From the NCBI GenBank assembly GCA_030647325.1, contig JAUSJN010000054.1, positions 1 through 47,408 on the forward strand: 47,408 bases of DNA, given 5' to 3'. Every line of letters begins with the position of its first letter. Positions within the stretch are counted from its first letter, which is position 1. The notes beneath the pieces are model-generated. The model worked only from the letters and a program-made list of their open reading frames with translations. It was not told the origin of the DNA and did not search any database. Position numbers and translations under genes: made by a program. Shown in pieces: positions 18,030 through 25,755 of the stretch. Origin of the DNA: Nanobdellota archaeon. GTDB taxonomy: Archaea; Nanobdellota; Nanobdellia; Woesearchaeales; GW2011-AR9.

Positions 18030-18937
18030 GCAATACAAAGTATGATCCAAAAATGGCACAGTATGCCTTTGAGGTAAATGCGCGTCTAGGCATTCCCGAA
18101 GAGCAGACCGCTTTAGCTATTGCTCAAGCTTGTGGCAAAGAACAAGAATTTCAAGAAGCTTTGAAGGACCGAAAGAAAGGTTGGATATTTCGCCGGCATG
18201 GTGAGGATATTACTACCACCTTAGCCATGGCTTGTCTTACACCGCCAGAAAATTCTTCAACATTTATCGAAGGGAAATATATTCTGATGCCCAAAACATC
18301 TAGGTACGCACAGGGCGTTCATGCTTTGCAAAATGCTTGTAGAGCAGAAGCTGTTTCAGCTCATCCGCCGTTTATTACGCCTTATGGGAGAACCTATCGT
18401 CCTTTGACCTTTAAAGAAAATATTGAAGCAAGGGTACATGATTATGAAAGCAATAAAGATAGCGAAGAGCGATTACGATTATTTCAGCGCTGGAACGATT
18501 CCTGCACTGCGATTGCTTATAAGAAAAGAACAACCAAGTTTAAAATAGTACTAAATTCTCAGGAACTTATTACTATTCCAGAAGATTTCAATAGGGATAT
18601 TATTACAGTTAATTATGATCACACCTGGGGAGTTGAATTAGATAGAAATGATGCAACGTATAATAATCTGCTCACTCCAGCGCAAGTAGAAAATCATCCT
18701 GCTTGGTTAGCTGCGCTGGAAGGCGATAGTCATTTATTAAAGACTTACCGGGACATTGTTTTTGCAAATCTAAGCCAAGATAAAGCGATGGGCTTCTGGT
18801 TGAGAACTGGAATTTCTGAAGATCAGCTTCGGGCTTTGTTTGTGAACAATCTAAACTATGATTCCGTTGCCAGCGGCAGCAATAATCTAGGCGGCAACGG
18901 CTCTTTTCTCCGCGTAGCCCCCGTCGTCGCGCGCTAA
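18026..18937 (+). CDS. Putative DGR target-like (C-type lectin fold) protein
   Basis: C-terminus LRALFVNNLNYDSVASGSNNLGGNGSFLRVA with NNY codons resembles DPANN DGR variable regions. Confidence 0.65.
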   Translation: MSNTKYDPKMAQYAFEVNARLGIPEEQTALAIAQACGKEQEFQEALKDRKKGWIFRRHGEDITTTLAMACLTPPENSSTFIEGKYILMPKTSRYAQGVHALQNACRAEAVSAHPPFITPYGRTYRPLTFKENIEARVHDYESNKDSEERLRLFQRWNDSCTAIAYKKRTTKFKIVLNSQELITIPEDFNRDIITVNYDHTWGVELDRNDATYNNLLTPAQVENHPAWLAALEGDSHLLKTYRDIVFANLSQDKAMGFWLRTGISEDQLRALFVNNLNYDSVASGSNNLGGNGSFLRVAPVVAR

Positions 18938-19003
18938 AAAATAATCTTTCACTACTTTTTCGCAATAAGAAAGTTTAAATAAATATAGCCCTATAAAAAA
19001 AAG

Positions 19004-19462
19004 ATGTTGCATATTGTAGCCGCAAAAAGAGAAGAACCGCTGGAAGATGAGAGATCTGTGCTGGAATTAAAAGTAGAAGAAGTCGGAATTCCAGAGACAG
19101 AAGATTTAGGATTTCCTCTCCTTAAGTACCTGCCTTTAGAAGACAGCGTACAGGAATTTATCTATAACGCTAATGCTGCCAATAGTAATCTTTACTCAAT
19201 CTTACCTTCTCTTAAAGAGGAAGAAGAAGTTTCCGCGCCCGCCCCGGTCAATGACGAATCTGATCCAGGTTCTGCGACAGGCGAAGAGGCCCGGGAACAA
19301 TTGCAGGAGTCAAAATATGATTCTGTAGTCCCATCTACAGAGATCAATTATGAAGAAAGGAAGAGACTGGCTTTATGGATCATGTTCCATACCGCTGAGT
19401 TCAACTTTTTAGAAAACTTTTATGGCCTAAGCCGGAATGTAAATTACCATCCCTTAGCATAA
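19004..19462 (+). CDS. Acidic hypothetical protein
   Basis: 152 aa ORF; TTTAAATA box upstream. Confidence 0.65.
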   Translation: MLHIVAAKREEPLEDERSVLELKVEEVGIPETEDLGFPLLKYLPLEDSVQEFIYNANAANSNLYSILPSLKEEEEVSAPAPVNDESDPGSATGEEAREQLQESKYDSVVPSTEINYEERKRLALWIMFHTAEFNFLENFYGLSRNVNYHPLA

Positions 19463-20211
19463 AATTTCAGGAATTCTTCTTCGCTAAAATGCATCTTTCC
19501 CGGGATGATCAGGCAATGCGGCGCTTTGCCAAACTCCATCTTCCTTATTTTTTCTAAAGGCCCGGCTTTGATAACTGCATCATCGCTTCCCAATCTGGCG
19601 CAGCCGACCACCAAAGTATCTTTTTGAATAAGGTTTTCCTTCTTACGTGATTCGATCTTTTCCAAGATTTCCAAAGCCTGATTCACAGTCATAAATTTAT
19701 GCTGCTCTGGTTTTAGATCCAACAAGAATAAAGTATGTAATCCTTGCTGCTGATTCTCTTTGAATACATTGTAAGGAGTTTCTAACTGGGGATGATCTTC
19801 GATGAAAGGGATAGAGGTAGTCTTCCCGAATTTATACAACTGTAATCCGGTGATCCCTACCGCGGTGAGGATAGAAGCATTATGCACTACCTGCACCGGT
19901 ATATTTTTTTCCTTGGCTAATTTGAATAGTTCGATATGAGTGGTGGCGGAGAATGGATCTCCTACCACCAAGAAAGCGACATCTTTTGTTTTTGCTTCTG
20001 ACACGATCTCCTGATCTTTTTGTTCTGCAGTAAGACGGTCAGCGACAGTGATATTTTTCCCGTAGAATTTTTCCAGGTCTGCTAGAGAACATTGCAATAA
20101 TGAAGTGTAATTTTCCAAGTATATCTTATCGCACTTCTGGACTATCTCCAGTCCTTTGACGGTGATATCTTTCTCGGTGCTAAGTCCTATGCCGATGAGG
20201 TAGAGGGTCAT
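19444..20211 (-). CDS. dph5: Diphthine synthase
   Basis: LYLIGIGL, ENYTS, GDPFSATTH, GLQLYKFGKT, GLHTL.LLD and PHCLIIPG. Confidence 0.96.
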   Translation of the reverse strand: MTLYLIGIGLSTEKDITVKGLEIVQKCDKIYLENYTSLLQCSLADLEKFYGKNITVADRLTAEQKDQEIVSEAKTKDVAFLVVGDPFSATTHIELFKLAKEKNIPVQVVHNASILTAVGITGLQLYKFGKTTSIPFIEDHPQLETPYNVFKENQQQGLHTLFLLDLKPEQHKFMTVNQALEILEKIESRKKENLIQKDTLVVGCARLGSDDAVIKAGPLEKIRKMEFGKAPHCLIIPGKMHFSEEEFLKFYAKGW

Positions 20212-21893
20212 AAATTTTTCACCATGTACGGCCCTTCTTTCAGATACCCTAACTTCTCTTGGTAATACTTTCTCACTCCGACTCCGGAAATGACCACCAT
20301 TTTTTCTTTTCCATGCGCTTGAGCGATCTCTTCTGCTTTCTGCATCAGTTTCTTTCCCCAGCCTTTGTGCTGCACCATCCCTTCATCGCCGATAGCGGTA
20401 GCAGTACCATAGACATGCAGCTCCCGTAGTAATGCGCTTCCCGGGGTGATTTCCGGCCGCAGGAATTCAAACGGAAATCGCAACCTGCAAAAGCCGATCA
20501 GGATGTCGTTCTCAACATCCTCGGCAGAGATGAAAAATTCCTTTCCTTGTGAAGCTGGATATTCCATGACTTTGATTTCTACTTTATCCCAATTGATGGG
20601 TTTTCCTTTCGGTTCGCGGGCACGGATATCCCGTGATTTATTTTCATATTTTCCATCCGTAAATTGGCGTAGATTAGTCATCTCCACCCCTGCTTCCCAA
20701 TACTTAGTAGGAACATCTCGTTGCACTCGTTGGATGCGGCAATACTCAGGTACAAAAGTATAAAATTCAGCGATCCTTCTTGCAGCTTCGTCAGCATCTA
20801 TGGGAGTGAATTCTCCTTTCTTATATTGGTAATACAACGCCGTTCCCGGAGCGACCATGCAGGGGTACAATTTGATCATATCTGGTTTGTAGGCAGGATC
20901 TGTAAATAGCTGTCGCATCCCGGCCATGTCCCGTTCATAATCTGTCAAAGGAAGGCCGGGCATGTAATGGAAATTAATCTTAAATCCTAGATCGCGCAAT
21001 ACTTGGATTGATCTCTTGGAATCTTCTGCTGTATGTCCCCGGTGCACAAACTTTAGCACATCTTCATAGACCGATTGGATGCCTAATTCCACCCGGGTGC
21101 ATCCCTGTCTTAGCATCTCATTGCCGTGTTCTACAAATCCCCAATCCGGTTTGGTCTCGATGCATAAAGCGACACAACGGATATGGCTGGTCTCATTGCG
21201 CAGCTGCTCTTCTTCCAAGCTTGTTTTTGTCTTTTGTTTTAATTCCAGCAGCTTTCTCTGGATGTTCTGCTCTCGTTCCTTATCATACATATCGCCGGGA
21301 AGTTCAAAAAATTCCTTGAATTTCAGGAAATCAAATTCTCCTTGAGCATCAAAAAACAAGACGGAAAAATCATTCATGGCCTTGAACAAGCCGTAGACAA
21401 ATTCTTCCTGATATTCTGGTGATTCCGCCGGGAAGGTTCCGCCCATGATGATGATCTCGATCTTGTCAAAGCCGTGGCCCATCAAGACATACTGCTGCAG
21501 GCGGTTGAACACCTGCAGGTAAGAATCGTAATTGTTCCTGATGCCCCGCATGGTGGCTGGCTCGTGTCCGGTATATGATTGCGGGACATCTCCCCAGGGG
21601 GAATTCAATCCTCCCGGACAGAAGGTGCATTTTCCGTGCGGGCATTTACTAGGAGCGGTCATGATGGCGACGGGAGAGACTCCAGAGATAGTCCGCGTCG
21701 GTTTAGAGAGAAGAACTTTTTTGAATTCGGAGATCTCCTCATTTGGTAAAGAGATAAGGATCTCGATGTTGGTAGGCGTTTTAGAAAGTTTATGTTTTTT
21801 GGCGATATCCTGTTTGAGATTGTTTAGACTACCCTGATCTTCGATCTTTTGTGTTCTGATCTGTTCGGTTATTTCTTGTAATGCGGCTGACAT
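20208..21893 (-). CDS. elp3: tRNA uridine(34) acetyltransferase Elp3 (radical SAM + KAT)
   Basis: RTISGV, CPHGKCTFCPGG, QSYTG, ETKPD, RVQRD, RELHVYG and QHKGWG. Confidence 0.96.
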   Translation of the reverse strand: MSAALQEITEQIRTQKIEDQGSLNNLKQDIAKKHKLSKTPTNIEILISLPNEEISEFKKVLLSKPTRTISGVSPVAIMTAPSKCPHGKCTFCPGGLNSPWGDVPQSYTGHEPATMRGIRNNYDSYLQVFNRLQQYVLMGHGFDKIEIIIMGGTFPAESPEYQEEFVYGLFKAMNDFSVLFFDAQGEFDFLKFKEFFELPGDMYDKEREQNIQRKLLELKQKTKTSLEEEQLRNETSHIRCVALCIETKPDWGFVEHGNEMLRQGCTRVELGIQSVYEDVLKFVHRGHTAEDSKRSIQVLRDLGFKINFHYMPGLPLTDYERDMAGMRQLFTDPAYKPDMIKLYPCMVAPGTALYYQYKKGEFTPIDADEAARRIAEFYTFVPEYCRIQRVQRDVPTKYWEAGVEMTNLRQFTDGKYENKSRDIRAREPKGKPINWDKVEIKVMEYPASQGKEFFISAEDVENDILIGFCRLRFPFEFLRPEITPGSALLRELHVYGTATAIGDEGMVQHKGWGKKLMQKAEEIAQAHGKEKMVVISGVGVRKYYQEKLGYLKEGPYMVKNL

Positions 21894-21896
21894 GTT

Positions 21897-22397
21897 TTAG
21901 TATAGTTGACAATTTTTATTTAATTTTCCTTCCGCTTCTCCGTCTAGAGCATTTCCTACTGTGAATCCGTCATGATCGGGATCAAATCCATAATATTTGT
22001 TCCAGAGTTCTGCGGTGGCGGCAATATTTTCTTTAGCGCTAATCGCTTCTGTTTTGGTAAAGCTGAAGATGGAACAGATGCGTTCGTTATGTAAATCTTC
22101 TTGGTGGTTTCTCCGGCGTGCTTCTATCACAAACTGTGCCGTGTCTACAGCGACTAAAAAAGATCCATAGTGGTGATGGGAGATTTCTTCTGGAGGTAAA
22201 TAACGAACCTTGCCGGCATGGGAAATTATCCCGTAATCATTGAAGAGAAAATCTAATCTATAACATGGAAATCCCTGCCATAAGCCTGCGCTTCCGTAGC
22301 TTGGTCCATCTTCTATCACGGAATGCAGGTCTCCTTTTGGAGCTATCTTTCTTACATTATGCCTTACTACCAGTGCGTTTATAATTTTGTTTAACAT
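21897..22397 (-). CDS. Hypothetical protein, paralog of 22432-22917
   Basis: Shared motifs W.G.P, F..ND.G, AVD.AQ, ERI, TA.L.N, GFDP and GFT..N.LD. Confidence 0.75.
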   Translation of the reverse strand: MLNKIINALVVRHNVRKIAPKGDLHSVIEDGPSYGSAGLWQGFPCYRLDFLFNDYGIISHAGKVRYLPPEEISHHHYGSFLVAVDTAQFVIEARRRNHQEDLHNERICSIFSFTKTEAISAKENIAATAELWNKYYGFDPDHDGFTVGNALDGEAEGKLNKNCQLY

Positions 22398-22431
22398 GTT
22401 TTTTCAAATATTATCTTCTGTTTAGATAAAT

Positions 22432-22917
22432 TTAGAGTAAATCGCCTTCATCTAGAACATTCTCTGCCGTGAATCCATGGTAACCACTATTGTAACTAGG
22501 GTCAAAACCAAATTCTCCATTGTAGAGTGCTGCTGTCTCTTTAATTCTATGATAGGCCTTTGGAGGAATTCCCTTGTAAAATCCTACATTAATGATTCGT
22601 TCGTAGGGGAAATCAATACTGACAGAACCTGCTTTTCTTGCTGCATCAACCTGCGCCTGGTCTACTGCTATGTTAAATCTACCAAAATTATATCTCTCAA
22701 TTTCTGTTTCAGAGAAATCTTGCCGGGCTCCTAATTTGCAGAGAAATCCACTATCATTACAGGTAAAATAAAGTTTATGATAAGGATATCCATTCCAGAT
22801 ATACATTGGTTCACTTACCTTATCGCCGAGAGCAGACAGCAAGCGGCCTTGGTATCTAGCGAGATGTCTTTCAAAATTATATTGTCCAATCCAACTATTC
22901 ACTGTTTCGTCTAACAT
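22432..22917 (-). CDS. Hypothetical protein, paralog of 21897-22397
   Basis: Same motif series as the adjacent gene. Confidence 0.75.
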   Translation of the reverse strand: MLDETVNSWIGQYNFERHLARYQGRLLSALGDKVSEPMYIWNGYPYHKLYFTCNDSGFLCKLGARQDFSETEIERYNFGRFNIAVDQAQVDAARKAGSVSIDFPYERIINVGFYKGIPPKAYHRIKETAALYNGEFGFDPSYNSGYHGFTAENVLDEGDLL

Positions 22918-23047
22918 TGTATCATCTTTTCTTCAGAGTCTCTTTATAAATATTTCTTGTATTTATTAAGCAGTGGTGAAAACATGGGCCATAACTTACT
23001 TATTCTTTTCCAAAACCTTTATAAATCAACCATTAATCTACAATTGC

Positions 23048-23341
23048 ATGGTAACCAGGATCGGGACAAAGCAGCGAAAAACAAGGCATAAATTCATGCT
23101 TCATTACCGCCAACGGGGAAAGACTCCTTTAAGCCAATACTTCCAGGAATTTAAGGAAGGAGACAAAGTCAATCTTAAGATCAATTCCAGCGTACAGACT
23201 GGTCAATTTTTCCCACGATTCCATGGCTTGACCGGAACCGTCACCGGAAAACGCGGCTTCTGTTACGAAGTCATGATCCATGACCAGAACAAGGAGAAAA
23301 AACTCTTTGTACATCCTATTCATCTTACAAAAACCGCATAA
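23048..23341 (+). CDS. rpl21e: 50S ribosomal protein L21e
   Basis: RKTR, FKEGDKV, RFHGLTG.V and HPIHL. True start is ATG 23048, about 22 nt after TTTATAAA (23018-23025). Confidence 0.93.
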   Translation: MVTRIGTKQRKTRHKFMLHYRQRGKTPLSQYFQEFKEGDKVNLKINSSVQTGQFFPRFHGLTGTVTGKRGFCYEVMIHDQNKEKKLFVHPIHLTKTA

Positions 23342-23376
23342 TCCGAGGATAACGAGGATAAGATACGAGACCTAAA

Positions 23377-23724
23377 ATGCCATCACCACAATACCTATCT
23401 GAGACGCCGCTTGCCCTTGCTGAAGTTAAAGCTATCTTGCAGACTGTGGAAAAGCGTGATGAAAACCTGAATTTCCTTTCTAATAAAGCAAAAGAACATC
23501 AAGTATTATTCGTGACCTTGTCTAAGGAAAAAAAGGACGAATTATACTCTAAATTGACCGCTCTTAACTTGACCCGGCTTAAGGAAGAGCATTATTGCAA
23601 GATCATAGATTTTCTCCCTCAAAATCTAGAGGAATTAAAGGTAATTCTGCAATCTTATCCTTTGAGCTTATCCAAAAAGGATCAAGAGAGCATTGTCGCT
23701 GTTACGGAAGTAGCTCTTAAATAA
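23377..23724 (+). CDS. rpo4: DNA-directed RNA polymerase subunit Rpo4 (F)
   Basis: LAEVKAIL and KIIDFLPQNLEELKVIL; conserved rpl21e-rpo4-DUF655 order. Confidence 0.85.
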   Translation: MPSPQYLSETPLALAEVKAILQTVEKRDENLNFLSNKAKEHQVLFVTLSKEKKDELYSKLTALNLTRLKEEHYCKIIDFLPQNLEELKVILQSYPLSLSKKDQESIVAVTEVALK

Positions 23725-23783
23725 ACGCAATTCTTATTAAAGCGAAGATATTCCTAACTATACATTGAATTCCAAGATAAAAA

Positions 23784-24350
23784 ATGACATCGATACCGGA
23801 ACCGAAAACTGTACGAGAGGAAAATGCAATAGTCTTGGATCACCTGGAACACGGGTATCCATTTGAGCAGGTTAGTGTCAAGACTCCTATCGTCCAGGCT
23901 CTCGGTGTAGGCCATCTCACCCTTCTTGAACTGATCCCTAAAAAAGGGATCATGTTACAGCCTATGCAGAAAGTATACATCGGTGAAGGAAAGCGCGAAG
24001 AGATCCATCACATCAAAGGCAAGATCCCTGCGGAAAAGCTTACTGCGACTGCCGCTAATACTTTACATGAAGCGGTGGAAGATGTAGTGACCGCACAAGA
24101 AGCCAGATTTGTCGAATTCTTCAACAAAGCCCAGCCTCTCAGTATGAGGATGCACCAGTTGGAATTACTTCCAGGAGTAGGAAAGAAGCACATGTGGGAA
24201 GTATTGAATGCGCGCAAAGAGAAACCCTTTGCCGGCTTTGAAGACATCAAAGAAAGAGTCAAATTACTTCCTGATCCTAAGCAGTTAGTGATCAAAAGGA
24301 TTATCGCTGAGATCGAAGGTAAAGAGAAGTATAGGATATTTACAAGTTAG
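23784..24350 (+). CDS. DUF655 family putative RNA-binding protein
   Basis: AIVLD, LLELIP, VYIGEGKR and FFNKAQPLSMRMHQLELLPGVGKK. Confidence 0.9.
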   Translation: MTSIPEPKTVREENAIVLDHLEHGYPFEQVSVKTPIVQALGVGHLTLLELIPKKGIMLQPMQKVYIGEGKREEIHHIKGKIPAEKLTATAANTLHEAVEDVVTAQEARFVEFFNKAQPLSMRMHQLELLPGVGKKHMWEVLNARKEKPFAGFEDIKERVKLLPDPKQLVIKRIIAEIEGKEKYRIFTS

Positions 24351-24411
24351 AGAATTTCTTTAGTATTTATCTACTCGAGACAATAATCTTCTTAAATTTT
24401 AAAAAATATTT

Positions 24412-24801
24412 TTACCACAGCATCTTCCATCTCATATCTTTTTCTTTCTGTCTCACTAAATCGGTCATGCCTGCTGCTTTTATCCGCTTCAGGAATTCGG
24501 CTGCAATCATCTTCACCCGCAAGCCGTTCACATCCACATCATCCTGAAAGAACCCATAGCGTTCCAGCAGCTTGTCCAATAATTTTGCCTGCGTCTCCAG
24601 ATTGACATGCAGTATGCCGGAAGAAGCGACTTCATATTCTTTCTCCAGCTCTTTCAGTTTCTTCAACTGGGAAAGCAATTCTTTGGTATCAGCCTGGATA
24701 TCATTCAGAAATTCAGTTATCGCTTCAATGTCCAAAAGAACATCTATTTTCTTTGAAGTATGTTTCTTTCTAAATAACCTATTCCAGCTCTTTTTTAACA
24801 T
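24412..24801 (-). CDS. Hypothetical coiled-coil protein
   Basis: 129 aa helical ORF. Confidence 0.7.
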   Translation of the reverse strand: MLKKSWNRLFRKKHTSKKIDVLLDIEAITEFLNDIQADTKELLSQLKKLKELEKEYEVASSGILHVNLETQAKLLDKLLERYGFFQDDVDVNGLRVKMIAAEFLKRIKAAGMTDLVRQKEKDMRWKMLW

Positions 24802-24849
24802 AGTAAAACTAATATTCTGAGGAATATAAACCTTTCGAGGGATATTTTT

Positions 24850-25236
24850 CTAACTATCTTTCAATGTTACCTTCACTTTATCAGAGAATTCCAAGGGAAA
24901 TTCCTGCCGATATCTCTTGCCGTACTTCAAGGCCAGTTCCGCTTTATACAGTTCTTTTCCTAAATAGGCAGCATGCTCTAATCGAGAGATCATTTTCTTC
25001 TTGATGATAGTATTGTAGATCTCAATGGCATTACTTCCGTGGACCATTTTGGTGATGACATGCTTGTAGGTGCAGAAACCTGCTTCAATCATTTTTTTCT
25101 TCTCATCCACCCGAATCAAAAAATATCCTTTCGGATCAGCTCTCCATTCTTTGATAGGATCATGTTTAGCCTTGATGATCTCTTTGATTTTCTCTGTCTG
25201 CCGGTAAAACTTGTACTTTGGTTTAGCTTTAACCAT
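24850..25236 (-). CDS. DUF4346 domain protein
   Basis: DPKGYFLI...SRLEHAAYLGKELYKAE...YRQE. Confidence 0.8.
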   Translation of the reverse strand: MVKAKPKYKFYRQTEKIKEIIKAKHDPIKEWRADPKGYFLIRVDEKKKMIEAGFCTYKHVITKMVHGSNAIEIYNTIIKKKMISRLEHAAYLGKELYKAELALKYGKRYRQEFPLEFSDKVKVTLKDS

Positions 25237-25302
25237 GAGCTGTATATTCTATTTATTGTTTATAATAGTTACGTTTTAGGATTCATTTAAAATCTGCTTT
25301 TT

Positions 25303-25386
25303 CCACCAGTGTGTTCACCAGAAATAAGGAAAATACCTTATTTCTGTGCAGAAAAGCAATAGTTTTTGCTTTTCTTGCACTGGTGG
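25303..25386. repeat. Double-hairpin unit 3 within closing inverted repeat
   Basis: CCACCAGTG...TCAC-C-AGAAATAAGG-aaaata-CCTTATTTCT-GTGC-AGAAAAGCAA-tagttt-TTGCTTTTCT-T-GCAC-TGGTGG. Confidence 0.88.
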
Positions 25387-25428
25387 TAAATCGTTGATTT
25401 CACATTAGTTGGAAAAAACAGGGTCCGA

Positions 25429-25490
25429 GAAAACCGCCCTGAGCGAAGCGAACATGCAGCTGGTCTATTGACCAGCTGTGGGTGGTTTTC
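25429..25490. repeat. GAGCGAAGCGA module + GGTC-TATT-GACC hairpin (inverted copy of 6566-6604)
   Basis: TGAGCGAAGCGAACATG is the exact reverse complement of 6588-6604; closed by GAAAACCGCCC/GGGTGGTTTTC. Confidence 0.85.
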
Positions 25491-25566
25491 GATTGACTTC
25501 AATAAATAATGTTACAAATACTTTTATAAATGATAAGTGCGTTAATATCCAAAAAAAGGTGAATAC

Positions 25567-25755
25567 ATGTCTGAAATTCGTTATCTTTGCACGGGGAGTT
25601 GCGGCCAGATGGTCACCAGAGAAACCTACCTGCAGGGACGGAAGAAATGCAATGACAAATCCTGTGACAGTTTTAGCTCTGCGTTAGAGCGTGGGGAATA
25701 CTGTTCGCAATGCAATACCAGTTTTGATGAAGGCGAGGATCACATCTGTATATGA
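25567..25755 (+). CDS. Small Cys-rich putative zinc-binding protein
   Basis: CxxxC, CxxxxC, CxxC and HxC in 62 aa; AGGTGA RBS; ATGA overlap with the next gene. Confidence 0.8.
   Translation: MSEIRYLCTGSCGQMVTRETYLQGRKKCNDKSCDSFSSALERGEYCSQCNTSFDEGEDHICI

Noticed and set aside
18026..19003. Complete DGR cassette
   Set aside because: No reverse transcriptase, Avd, AAC-rich template repeat or clear downstream hairpin in the window.
22973..23047. N-terminal extension of L21e
   Set aside because: Contains the TATA box; recognisable L21e sequence starts at ATG 23048.
25478..25687. 69-aa alternative ORF overlapping the Cys-rich gene
   Set aside because: Starts inside a repeat and spans the TATA box; the 25567 frame has the RBS and the motif.
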